In this document: positions 8,354 through 16,454 of the stretch, one piece after another
Numbering within the stretch: the stretch's first letter is position 1
Layout: the number at the start of each line of letters is the position of its first letter
Origin: Mycolicibacterium smegmatis
Lineage (GTDB): Bacteria > Actinomycetota > Actinomycetes > Mycobacteriales > Mycobacteriaceae
DNA: 32,000 nt
NCBI RefSeq assembly: GCF_001457595.1
Contig: NZ_LN831039.1
Location: 6,390,001 to 6,422,000 of the forward strand
Reading direction: 5' to 3'
Made by a program: the position numbers and the translations under genes
Notes under the pieces: model-generated
What the model was told of the DNA's origin: nothing
The model's database searches: none
What the model saw: only the letters and a program-made list of their open reading frames with translations

Positions 8354-10100
8354 GACCGTCGACCGGCGGATCGGCTGGGACAAGCTGCCCGCGTGGCTCG
8401 GGATCAGTGTGCTGGTGGGGATCCGCGACGCGCTGCGCGAGCACAACCTCTTCGATTCCTACGAGGGCGACCCGCCGCGGCCTCAGACGCAGTACTCCCC
8501 GGCCGAGTACCTCACCAACCGCACGCCCGACGGCTCCTACAACGACCTGTCCGATCCGTCGATGGGCATGGCGAACACGCGCTTCGGCCGCAACGTCGCG
8601 CCGTCGAAGGGCCGCCCCGAGCAGATGCCGCACCTGATGGACCCCAACCCCCGGCTCATCAGCACCGAACTGCTGCTGCGCGACGAATTCCGCCCGGCCA
8701 CCACACTCAACGTGCTGGCCGCGGCGTGGCTGCAGTTCGAAACCCACGACTGGTTCAGCCACGGCACCGACGCCAATCGGATCCACAAGATCCCGGTGCC
8801 CGAGGGCGACCACGAGTGGAACGGCGCGACCATCGACGTACCCGCCACGCCTGCCGACCCGGATTCCGCGCCGGGCCACACGACGTTCATCAACCGCGAG
8901 ACCCACTGGTGGGATGCGTCACAGATCTACGGCAACAGCCCGCAGGCCCAGAAGCTGATCCGTACCGACTCGGACGACGGGAAGGTGCTCATCGACGGCG
9001 ACGGGTTCATCGGCGTCGCACCCGAGGTCATCAAGGCCTCCGGCGCGGCGGACGGCTGGTGGGTGGGCTCCGAGCTCATGGGCACGATCTTCATGCGCGA
9101 GCACAACGCGATCTGCGACCGGTTGCGTGCGGCGTACCCCGAGTGGACCGGTGAGCAGATCTTCAACAAGGCCCGCCTGATCAACGCGGCCCTGATCGCC
9201 AAGATCCACACCGTCGAATGGACCCCCGCGATCCTCGCCCATCCGACGCTGCACATCGGTATGCGCGCCAACTGGTTCGGCCTGGCCGGTGAAGCCGTCG
9301 GGAAACTGGTCGGACGGATCGGCACGAGCGATCTGATCAGCGGTATCCCGGGTTCGGACACCGAACACCACTCGGCCGCCTATTCGATCACCGAGGACTT
9401 CGTCACGGTGTACCGCATGCACCCGCTGATCCCCGACGACTACACCTTTTTGTCCCTGGCGGGAGATACTGCGCCACAAGAACTCTCGTTCACCGACCTG
9501 CACGGTGTGGCCAATGCCCGCGGTGTGCTCAAACGCCTGGGCATCGTGGACTGCCTGTACTCGCTCGGCGTCGCACATCCCGGCGCGGTCACGTTGCACA
9601 ACAGCCCGAAGTTCATGCGGCAGTTCCAGTCCGAGACGCACCTGATCGACCTGATCGCCGTCGACATCCTGCGCTCACGCGAGCGAGGTGTGCCGCGCTA
9701 CAACGAGTTCCGTCGTCAACTGCGCCTGAAGCCCGCGACGTCGTTCGAGGAGATCAGCGGCGGTGACCAGGCGACCGCGGACCGGATGCGCGAGATCTAC
9801 GGCGGCGACATCGAGAAGGTCGACACCATGGTCGGCATGTTCGGCGAGAAACTGCCGGCGGGCTTCGGGTTCAGCGACACCGCGTTCCGCATCTTCGTGC
9901 TGATGGCGACGCGCCGGCTCAAGAGCGACCGGTTCTACACCGTGGACTTCACACCGCAGGTCTACACACCCGAGGGCATGGCGTGGATCGCCGACAACAC
10001 CATGACGTCGGTGCTGCTGCGCCACTACCCCACGCTCGAACCGGTCCTGCGGAATGTGAAGAACCCGTTCGCGCCGTGGCCGCGGATGAGTCATGGATGA
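8313..10100 (+). CDS. Heme peroxidase / fatty-acid alpha-dioxygenase-like (animal heme peroxidase superfamily)
   Basis: ATG 8313 preceded by AAGGAGG; 595 aa; 'FETHDWFSHG' and 'VYRMHPLIPDDY' motifs characteristic of alpha-DOX/COX-type peroxidases. Confidence 0.85.
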   Translation: MRALLMRSFIKLSETVDRRIGWDKLPAWLGISVLVGIRDALREHNLFDSYEGDPPRPQTQYSPAEYLTNRTPDGSYNDLSDPSMGMANTRFGRNVAPSKGRPEQMPHLMDPNPRLISTELLLRDEFRPATTLNVLAAAWLQFETHDWFSHGTDANRIHKIPVPEGDHEWNGATIDVPATPADPDSAPGHTTFINRETHWWDASQIYGNSPQAQKLIRTDSDDGKVLIDGDGFIGVAPEVIKASGAADGWWVGSELMGTIFMREHNAICDRLRAAYPEWTGEQIFNKARLINAALIAKIHTVEWTPAILAHPTLHIGMRANWFGLAGEAVGKLVGRIGTSDLISGIPGSDTEHHSAAYSITEDFVTVYRMHPLIPDDYTFLSLAGDTAPQELSFTDLHGVANARGVLKRLGIVDCLYSLGVAHPGAVTLHNSPKFMRQFQSETHLIDLIAVDILRSRERGVPRYNEFRRQLRLKPATSFEEISGGDQATADRMREIYGGDIEKVDTMVGMFGEKLPAGFGFSDTAFRIFVLMATRRLKSDRFYTVDFTPQVYTPEGMAWIADNTMTSVLLRHYPTLEPVLRNVKNPFAPWPRMSHG

Positions 10101-10632
10101 CAAGCTCCACGGGATACCCCGCGTCGACCTGGAAACGCGGCCTCGCTGGAAACGCGACCTGGCCTGGTGGTTCGGCGGCAAGGTGCTGGCCACCGCGCGG
10201 GCGTCGGCGATCTGGCGCAAAATCGCGATGCCGTACGAGGTTCCGCTGATCAAGGCCACCGGTGGTCGGGCCCGCCTCAGCGTGGGAATCCCGATCGCCG
10301 TGCTGACCTCGACCGGTGCGCGCAGCGGCAAGACGCGCCAGACCGCGCTGGCGTACTTCACCGACGGTGACGATGTGGTGCTGATCGCGTCCAACTACGG
10401 TCAGGCCCGCCACCCCGGCTGGTATCACAACCTGCGGGCACACCCGGAGTGTGAACTGTATGTCGGGCGACGCGGTGGGCGGTTCGTCGCCCGCGAGGTC
10501 GATGGCCCTCAACGGGACCGGCTGTACGCGCTTGCCGCCAGCCGGCTGTATCCAGGCTGGGTTGCGTACGAGAAGCGGGCCGAGGGCGTGCGCCGCATCC
10601 CGGTCCTTCGGTTGACGCCCGCCGACCCATGA
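10093..10632 (+). CDS. Deazaflavin (F420)-dependent nitroreductase (Ddn) family protein
   Basis: 179 aa; 'PIAVLTSTGARSGKTRQTALAYFTDGDDVVLIASNYGQARHPGWYHNLRAHPE' is a Ddn-family signature. Confidence 0.93.
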   Translation: MDDKLHGIPRVDLETRPRWKRDLAWWFGGKVLATARASAIWRKIAMPYEVPLIKATGGRARLSVGIPIAVLTSTGARSGKTRQTALAYFTDGDDVVLIASNYGQARHPGWYHNLRAHPECELYVGRRGGRFVAREVDGPQRDRLYALAASRLYPGWVAYEKRAEGVRRIPVLRLTPADP

Positions 10633-10660
10633 AAAAACTCCCCACGTCAGGTGGGGAGTT
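10632..10660 (-). terminator. Intrinsic terminator, ancestral for tRNA-Ser and now separated from it by the element
   Basis: Minus strand: AACTCCCCAC-CTGAC-GTGGGGAGTT followed by TTTT; 10-bp perfect arms; immediately 3' (minus strand) of the partial tRNA-Ser copy. Confidence 0.75.
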
Positions 10661-10664
10661 CTTA

Positions 10665-10691
10665 TGGCGGTGGCGGAGGGATTTGAACCCT
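10665..10691 (-). repeat. attL: 27-bp copy of the tRNA-Ser 3' end
   Basis: Identical to 21302-21328. Confidence 0.92.
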
Positions 10692-10755
10692 ATTCAGCTA
10701 CCAGGTCAGAGGATCAAAAGCGTCTCTACCTGCATGCCGTCATAACTGGGGATCA

Positions 10756-10777
10756 CCACGGTTACCTGTAACCGTGG
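10756..10777. promoter_or_regulatory. Inverted repeat CCACGGTTAC-CT-GTAACCGTGG next to attL
   Basis: Perfect 10-bp arms with a 2-bp spacer; overlaps the first GTGGGCA repeat. Confidence 0.55.
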
Positions 10778-10803
10778 GCAAATTGTGGGCAGATTGTGGG
10801 CAC
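10771..10803. promoter_or_regulatory. Three 11-bp-phased direct repeats (nnTGTGGGCAn), candidate integrase arm-type sites, left end
   Basis: GTGGGCA at 10774, 10785 and 10796 in the same orientation (first copy preceded by CC rather than TT). Confidence 0.6.
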
Positions 10804-10829
10804 GCGGCGTGTCGTCGACCGCTTGCCGC

Positions 10830-11258
10830 TCATACCCGTTCAGGCGCGCCCGGCTCGTACCGCATGACCACGGCGCGGTCGCGGCGCAGCGATAGCCACC
10901 ACGGGCCGTCGATTGCGGCCTGACGTTCGACGGCCTCCCATCGAGCAGTCAGCCTAACGAGCTGTTCCCAGGCTGGCCTTGTGCCGATGTCGCCGTGCAA
11001 GTGCACGGTTTTGAGCTTGTGTGTGATCGCAAGACTTGCCTCAGTCGGGCGGGTGCGGAGTCGCTTGTCATTGGTGACCACGATCCAACCCCGGTCACCG
11101 ACGACAGGTATCCAATGGGGATCCAAAATCCCGGCGTATAGAAGTTCATCCACTGGCGGGCGACTGAACCGCGCCGTGTCACGCCGCACCGCCACAAGCC
11201 CGTTACCTAGGCGCAGCAGGTTCTCGTCAACGACGTAGGTCACCTGGTCCAGGTCCAT
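10830..11258 (-). CDS. vapC45: VapC45-like PIN-fold toxin
   Basis: 142 aa; 'YVVDENLLRLG...WIVVTNDKRLRTRPTEASLA'; encoded 13 bp downstream of a DUF433-type antitoxin gene, as in Rv2018-Rv2019. Confidence 0.75.
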   Translation of the reverse strand: MDLDQVTYVVDENLLRLGNGLVAVRRDTARFSRPPVDELLYAGILDPHWIPVVGDRGWIVVTNDKRLRTRPTEASLAITHKLKTVHLHGDIGTRPAWEQLVRLTARWEAVERQAAIDGPWWLSLRRDRAVVMRYEPGAPERV

Positions 11259-11271
11259 GCCCGTCGCCTGA

Positions 11272-11976
11272 CTACGCAGCCAGCTTGTACTTCTTGACGT
11301 AGTCGATGGCTGCCTGAACCTGCTCCATGCTCAGCCCGTAGTCGGCGGCGAGGTCTTCGTGGCGTTCCCCCGCGTTGGCCATCCCCGCGATTGTGGCCAC
11401 CGATACACGCCTTCCGATAAAGGTCGGCTGCCCGCTGTAGCGGTCGGGGCTGATCACGATCTCGGGGAAGTCACGATCAGGCCGTAGCTCGCTCACGACC
11501 TTCTCGCCCCGTTCGTCCTGCGCCAAGGAAGCGTGCAATATCAGCTCCCTGCCTGAGCCAAATAACAGCTGCTGGCCGGTGCGGACCACCATCTCATCCT
11601 CAGACAGACCGACCTCTTCGCCGCTGATCGTCAGGTCACGGGCATGGACGGCCAGATAGGGACGCAGGTGCGCTAGCGGATAGTCAAGGCCGTAAATACG
11701 GCGCAGCCCGTCGATAGCGGCGCGCAGCCGCGCAGTCGGGATGTTCAGGTTGCGGTACTCGGCGAGAATTCGCGTCTCCACGAACTCGCCCCACGTCGCC
11801 CATTCCGTGTCACGCGGCGCGACACGCAGAATCGGCGGGTAAGCGGTGCCGCTGCGCTGATAGCCGTTGATCCAGCGGCGGGCCGTGCCTGCCGAGAGGC
11901 CGATCAGCCTGTCTACCTCCGCATACAGGTAGACCTCGCGGTCGAGCATCGAGGTAACCGACATGCGCGCAAGCAT
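11272..11976 (-). CDS. vapB45: VapB45-like antitoxin (HTH N-terminal region plus DUF433 C-terminal domain)
   Basis: '[22 protein letters not shown]' HTH-like region; C-terminal '[54 protein letters not shown]' is a DUF433 signature. Exact start uncertain. Confidence 0.8.
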   Translation of the reverse strand: MLARMSVTSMLDREVYLYAEVDRLIGLSAGTARRWINGYQRSGTAYPPILRVAPRDTEWATWGEFVETRILAEYRNLNIPTARLRAAIDGLRRIYGLDYPLAHLRPYLAVHARDLTISGEEVGLSEDEMVVRTGQQLLFGSGRELILHASLAQDERGEKVVSELRPDRDFPEIVISPDRYSGQPTFIGRRVSVATIAGMANAGERHEDLAADYGLSMEQVQAAIDYVKKYKLAA

Positions 11977-12225
11977 GACACAGAGGTATCAGCCGAGACC
12001 GACAAAGATAGACAGAGGCGGACAACCCGCGTGTCAATGAAGCACAGTCACACCCACGTCGCGCCGTATGGGCCTGTGCTTGTCGGCTCCGCGACAAGCG
12101 CGCCGGTTGGGTCGCATGACCACCTCGTTGCACTTGCGAAAGCTGATGGAAACGACTGGCCAGAGAACGCTCTCGGAGGGCGGAGCGCCGTCGGGTAGCG
12201 GGCACGCAGTGCCTCGTCCCAGCGG

Positions 12226-15200
12226 CTACTCCCAGGCCCAATGGGGTACAGCCTCCAACCGCTTCTGTCGATCCCGACTCAGCTTCCCCTGGGCAAAAAA
12301 TCGCCGCTGGACATGAACCCATTGTCCGAGCTTCACGCCATTGACGACTTCCGAGCGGGGAATTCGGTCGGTCTTGTGCTGCTTCACATAGTTGACAAAC
12401 AACGCAAGATTGCCATCCCACACAGCAGCCTTGCTGTCCCATGCCCAGCCAGGCAACGCCTCCAGGCGCTCGCGTCGTTCCGGTGCAATTACGTCAGAGA
12501 CTGCGTCGTGTCGCTGGACACTGACCCATTGTCCGAGTCGTACTCCTTGTTCGACATGCCTCTGCGGCACACGCGCGTGTCCCTCCCGCGCAGTGAACTT
12601 CTCCAGCATCACGAACCTCTCCTCCCAGACATCGTGGGACAGGGTGGTCCAGGTCCACCCCGGCAGCTCCTCAAGCCTGCGCTGACGCGCGGGATCGAGC
12701 CGACCTTTGGCGTAGGTCCCCTTCTGGGTCGCAATCCAAAAACCGAGTCGGACGCCGTCGACGGTGTAACTCTGCGGGACCCGCGAGGTGCCATGTTCGG
12801 CGGTGTACTCCCGAAGGAGCATGAATGCTCGCTCCCATTTTTCGGCGTGCGGGTCCCAGGACCAGCCCGGCAGAGCCTCTAAGCGTCGCGCACGCTCTTC
12901 GCTAAGCGTCCCGGCCCGGTAGAAGTCCCGTTGCTTAGGCACCCATGAACCCAGCGGGTATCCGTCATGGTGATGCCTCGCGGGTACTTGAGCGGTGCCA
13001 TGATGCTCCGTGTAGTCGACAAGTTGGCGGAAACCCTCCTCCCACTTCGAATCGTTCACTGCCCACACCCAACCGGGGAGCGCCTCAAGCCGAGCTGCGT
13101 AGTCGGCGCGCAATTTGCCCTTGTTTTTCAGGGTGCGTTGCTGATTGACCCAGCCACCGATTCGAAAGCCGTCGGAATCCGAGGACTTTGTCGGTGCGCA
13201 GCTCCCATGTGCAGCTGCGTATTCCGCAAGCTTTTGGTAGTTGCCCTCCCACAAGGCATCGTGTATGCCCCATACCCAGCCAGGCAGTGCCTCCAAGCGG
13301 GCGGTCCGGTCCGGTCCTAACCGCCCCCTGGAAAACGACGAGCGCTGCGAGTAGGCCCACTTCCCGAGCTGGTATCCGTCCGCAGGGTCGACATATGTCC
13401 GCACCAATCGTGCCGTGCCGTGCGCCTCGGTGTACGCCTGAAGGCGTCGAAACCCTTCTTCCCAACGTGATTCGCGCGCTTCCCAAGCCCAGCCTGGTAG
13501 TGCCTCCAACCGTGCCTGACGTTCCTTGCTCATCTGGCCGTCGCGGTAGACCGTACGCTGGATGGTGGCCCATTGGCCTAGTTTGTAGCCCTCGGCGGAC
13601 TTGAACTTCTGCGCCACCATGGCGTCACCATGGCGCTGGACGTACTCCTGAAGGTGGCGGAAACCTTGCTCCCACTGGTCTGTGAGAGCGTCCCAAGTCC
13701 AGTCGGGGAATTCCTCAAGAAGGCGAGCACGAGCGGGATCAAGGTCGCCCCTATTGCGGTGGTATCGCTGTTGCGCCACCCACTGCCCAAGTCGGAGTCC
13801 GTCATATTTTTCCAATGCGGCTAATCGCGTATGGCCGTGCTCGGCGACGTACTTTTTCAGTTGCTCATACCAGAAGGGCCACTTGTCATCCCGCGTGCTC
13901 CACGTCCAACCGGGCAGTGCCTCTAACCGCTGTATCCGCTCTGCGGGGAGGCCCCCCTTCTTATATGCGGAACGTTGGGTAGTGACCCATGCGCCGACCT
14001 GAAATCCGTTGACCGTGGCGTCTTTTGAAATGAGAGCAGTACCGCTCTGCGCTACGTAATCTTGAAGCCTGGCGAAGCCTTCCTCCCACAGGTCGTCACG
14101 CGGATTCCACGTCCAACCAGACAGCTCCTCAAGTCGCAGTTGGCGTTCTTGCGATAGTTTCCCACTGTTGCGGTGTGATCTCTGCTTCGTCACCCAGGCC
14201 GCGAGCCTATTGTCGCCATCCAACGACGTGTACGAGGGACGGGCATGACCATGCTCAGCAACATGCTTTGTCAACAGCCCGAACCAGAACTCCCACGGTG
14301 CGGTGGTCGCATCCACCATATGGACCTTGAATGCGTTGACAAATTCTGTGCCCACAGTGGCTGGCACATCGAAGTGAATCTTGCTCGGAAGCCGAGGTTT
14401 GCTTCCCTTGCGTCCCATTTCCCGTCGCAGGGCGTCAAGATGCTCACCGAGTTCGGTGTCATGCGCTCTGAGAGCTTTGATGACATCCCAAACCGGTTTG
14501 AAGGCCGAGGAGTCCAGTGCGGCATCAGCATCTTCGTCGGGGTCGATAAACACAGGGATGACAACGGTGCCAATTGTTTTGGTCTCGGACTTTCGAATCG
14601 CGCGACCTACAGCCTGCACGATGTCCACCTCGGAGCGCCGCGGGTCGATGAAGGCCACGCCGTCGAGACTGGGCACATCAACGCCCTCGGCCAAACAGCG
14701 GGCATTGGCAAGCAGGCCGCGCTCACCGTCACCGAGTCTCTTCAGATGCTGGAGCAGGACATGGCGTTCGCCCGCCGACATCTCCCCCGAGGCGTGCTGG
14801 GACCACAAGCTACCTCTAGGGCGTTGCCGGGCAGGCATCCACTCCAGCACGCCGGGCATCGACTCAGCGAACTTTCTGGCCGCCCTGACGCGGCTGTGGA
14901 AGCTGATCAACCGACGCAGATCGTACTTGCGCATCGCCTTGGCCAAGCCGATTTGCCCCGCCAGTGAACGAGCATCCGTAGGCGTCTCGTCACTCAGCCT
15001 GACAGGTAGACCGCGTTTAGCCCAATCGCGGTAGGTCGCGTCATCGACACCGATGATTGCCACCTGATAATCAGTGAGTAGCTTGCGTTCGATGGCCTCC
15101 GCAAAGCTCAGCCGATGAAACACGTTCCCGAATTTGATCTGGTCGTCCATCGACGCGACCTCGTAGTCCGCCTCTTGAGCCTGGCGAAGTATGCGCCCGG

Positions 15201-16239
15201 TGAAGTAGCGCGGCGTCGCCGTCATGAATAGCCGCCGCTTCGCCCTGATCGCCTTGGGGTTGAGCACGGTGCCGAAGTCGGAGGACACCGGCCCAGCGAC
15301 TCGGTGTGCCTCGTCGGCGATCACTAGATCGAACTGGGGCACCCGGCCCAACTTGAAAGCGGCGGCGATCTGGGGTGAGGACTGGTAGGTGGCGAAGACG
15401 ACGCGTGGCCCCGACCGCTTCCGCAGAAACGCCGCGATAACTTCCGGGTCAGTGTCCGCTGGCTCTCCGAGATAGCTGGTGTGGGAAATCGCTGCGTCCT
15501 CGTCAAGCGCGACGGTCTCATCACTGCACACCGGCAGCGCATCGAAAGGACGTTTGATGTTGGCGGTTCGCCACTCCTTCATCGTCTGCTTCAGCAGCGA
15601 TAGTGATGGCACCAAGACGAGGGTGCGTGTGGCGGCCAATTCCTCTTTGATGAACCACGCCGTCAGGGTCTTGCCGGTGCCGCACGCCATGATCAGCTGC
15701 CCACGATCAGCGGTCTTGAACCCCTCGATCACGTCCCTGATCGCGTCCTGTTGGTAATCGTGTGGCTCGCGCGGCTCGGGCACTCTGGCTGGACGCAGGT
15801 CTGTCAGCTTGGCTGGCCACTCGGTGAAGTCCTCTAGTTCTGTCAGACCGATGAAGGTGACCCCGAGGTCCTCCATCGTGCGCTGTGCGGTTGGAGACAA
15901 CTTGTCGGTCGTCGCCATCAGCATTCGGTAAGCGAAGTCGAACCGGCCCGCTTCCGCGAGGAACTTGTTCACCTCGGTTCTGGTCACCGTGTTCTCGTAT
16001 GCTTTGGCCTGAATAGCCCACAGCCGGCCTTCGGTGTCTTCCGCAACGAGGTCGATGCCAGCATCGATACCCCAGTTACCTGGCCAGTCCTTCCACAACC
16101 ACACCCGACGCAGCAACTGCTTGTATTGGCCTGTGTCGTTTTCGAGGAACCATTTGCAGACGATCTCGAACTGATCGCCCTTCCTCTTCCGGTTGACCGG
16201 GTCGAACTGTGCCTTGAGATCGCTGAACGTCCCCCCCAT
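12226..16239 (-). CDS. Mrr-like PD-(D/E)xK nuclease domain + SF2 DEAH helicase + 10 tandem Helicase-Associated (HA) repeats
   Basis: 1337 aa from ATG 16239. N-terminal 'WPGNWGIDAGIDLVAEDTEGRLWAIQAKAY' (D...QxK nuclease core); Walker A 'ACGTGKT', Walker B 'DEAH', 'MTATPRYF', motif VI 'QAVGRAIRKS'; ten copies ending in 'RLExLPGWxW'. Confidence 0.9.
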   Translation of the reverse strand: MGGTFSDLKAQFDPVNRKRKGDQFEIVCKWFLENDTGQYKQLLRRVWLWKDWPGNWGIDAGIDLVAEDTEGRLWAIQAKAYENTVTRTEVNKFLAEAGRFDFAYRMLMATTDKLSPTAQRTMEDLGVTFIGLTELEDFTEWPAKLTDLRPARVPEPREPHDYQQDAIRDVIEGFKTADRGQLIMACGTGKTLTAWFIKEELAATRTLVLVPSLSLLKQTMKEWRTANIKRPFDALPVCSDETVALDEDAAISHTSYLGEPADTDPEVIAAFLRKRSGPRVVFATYQSSPQIAAAFKLGRVPQFDLVIADEAHRVAGPVSSDFGTVLNPKAIRAKRRLFMTATPRYFTGRILRQAQEADYEVASMDDQIKFGNVFHRLSFAEAIERKLLTDYQVAIIGVDDATYRDWAKRGLPVRLSDETPTDARSLAGQIGLAKAMRKYDLRRLISFHSRVRAARKFAESMPGVLEWMPARQRPRGSLWSQHASGEMSAGERHVLLQHLKRLGDGERGLLANARCLAEGVDVPSLDGVAFIDPRRSEVDIVQAVGRAIRKSETKTIGTVVIPVFIDPDEDADAALDSSAFKPVWDVIKALRAHDTELGEHLDALRREMGRKGSKPRLPSKIHFDVPATVGTEFVNAFKVHMVDATTAPWEFWFGLLTKHVAEHGHARPSYTSLDGDNRLAAWVTKQRSHRNSGKLSQERQLRLEELSGWTWNPRDDLWEEGFARLQDYVAQSGTALISKDATVNGFQVGAWVTTQRSAYKKGGLPAERIQRLEALPGWTWSTRDDKWPFWYEQLKKYVAEHGHTRLAALEKYDGLRLGQWVAQQRYHRNRGDLDPARARLLEEFPDWTWDALTDQWEQGFRHLQEYVQRHGDAMVAQKFKSAEGYKLGQWATIQRTVYRDGQMSKERQARLEALPGWAWEARESRWEEGFRRLQAYTEAHGTARLVRTYVDPADGYQLGKWAYSQRSSFSRGRLGPDRTARLEALPGWVWGIHDALWEGNYQKLAEYAAAHGSCAPTKSSDSDGFRIGGWVNQQRTLKNKGKLRADYAARLEALPGWVWAVNDSKWEEGFRQLVDYTEHHGTAQVPARHHHDGYPLGSWVPKQRDFYRAGTLSEERARRLEALPGWSWDPHAEKWERAFMLLREYTAEHGTSRVPQSYTVDGVRLGFWIATQKGTYAKGRLDPARQRRLEELPGWTWTTLSHDVWEERFVMLEKFTAREGHARVPQRHVEQGVRLGQWVSVQRHDAVSDVIAPERRERLEALPGWAWDSKAAVWDGNLALFVNYVKQHKTDRIPRSEVVNGVKLGQWVHVQRRFFAQGKLSRDRQKRLEAVPHWAWE
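12229..14292 (-). repeat. Coding tandem array of 10 HA-domain units (about 67-71 codons each)
   Basis: Ten successive units matching '(E)EGFxxLxxYvxxHGxaxxxxxxxxdGyxLGxWVxxQRxxxxxGxLsxeRxxRLExLPGWxW'. Confidence 0.9.
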
Positions 16240-16318
16240 GGGGACGAGATTAGACGCGAAAACCGCAGACTTGTCCGAAAGGGAAGCCAGCGCGCAGCGC
16301 GCCCGCGACTCGATGGCG

Positions 16319-16400
16319 GGGGGAGGAGGTCTCCCCCGGGGCAAATGTCGGCTACAGGCACCGCTGCCCGCCGTTGGCGGGTGACCACGACGGGCAGCGG
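16319..16400. promoter_or_regulatory. Hairpin-rich leader between capsid and helicase genes
   Basis: GGGGGAG(5)CTCCCCC at 16319-16337; long-range arms CCGCTGCCCG/CGGGCAGCGG (16361-16370/16391-16400) and a competing local stem CCCGCC-GTT-GGCGGG (16367-16381). Confidence 0.4.
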
Positions 16401-16454
16401 CACCACTGTCCCGGAGGGTTGGAGTAGCCGGTTGGCGACACCTCCGGGCAGGTC

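Noticed and set aside
10665-10691. Second functional tRNA at the left boundary
   Set aside because: Only the 3' 27 nt (part of the T arm, acceptor 3' strand, CCA) are present; no anticodon or D arm follows in 10692-10760.
10771-10803. Short phased repeats read as a CRISPR remnant or plasmid iterons
   Set aside because: Only three 11-bp units, mirrored at the other end next to int; integrase arm sites explain them better, and no replication initiator is adjacent.
11987-12225. Gene in the gap between the antitoxin and helicase genes (e.g. plus ORF 12068-12316)
   Set aside because: No ribosome-binding site or domain signal recognised and the ORF runs into the helicase 3' end; treated as intergenic/terminator region.
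12241-12882. 213-aa plus-strand ORF and neighbours (12392-12685, 12945-13148, 13188-13604) in the element
   Set aside because: All antisense to the repeat region of the helicase gene, where codon bias and repeated motifs clearly favour the minus frame.
12229-14292. Possible CRISPR or DNA minisatellite
   Set aside because: The periodicity is about 200 bp and exists at protein level with divergent nucleotides, so it is a domain array within a CDS. No CRISPR-like short repeats with spacers were seen anywhere.
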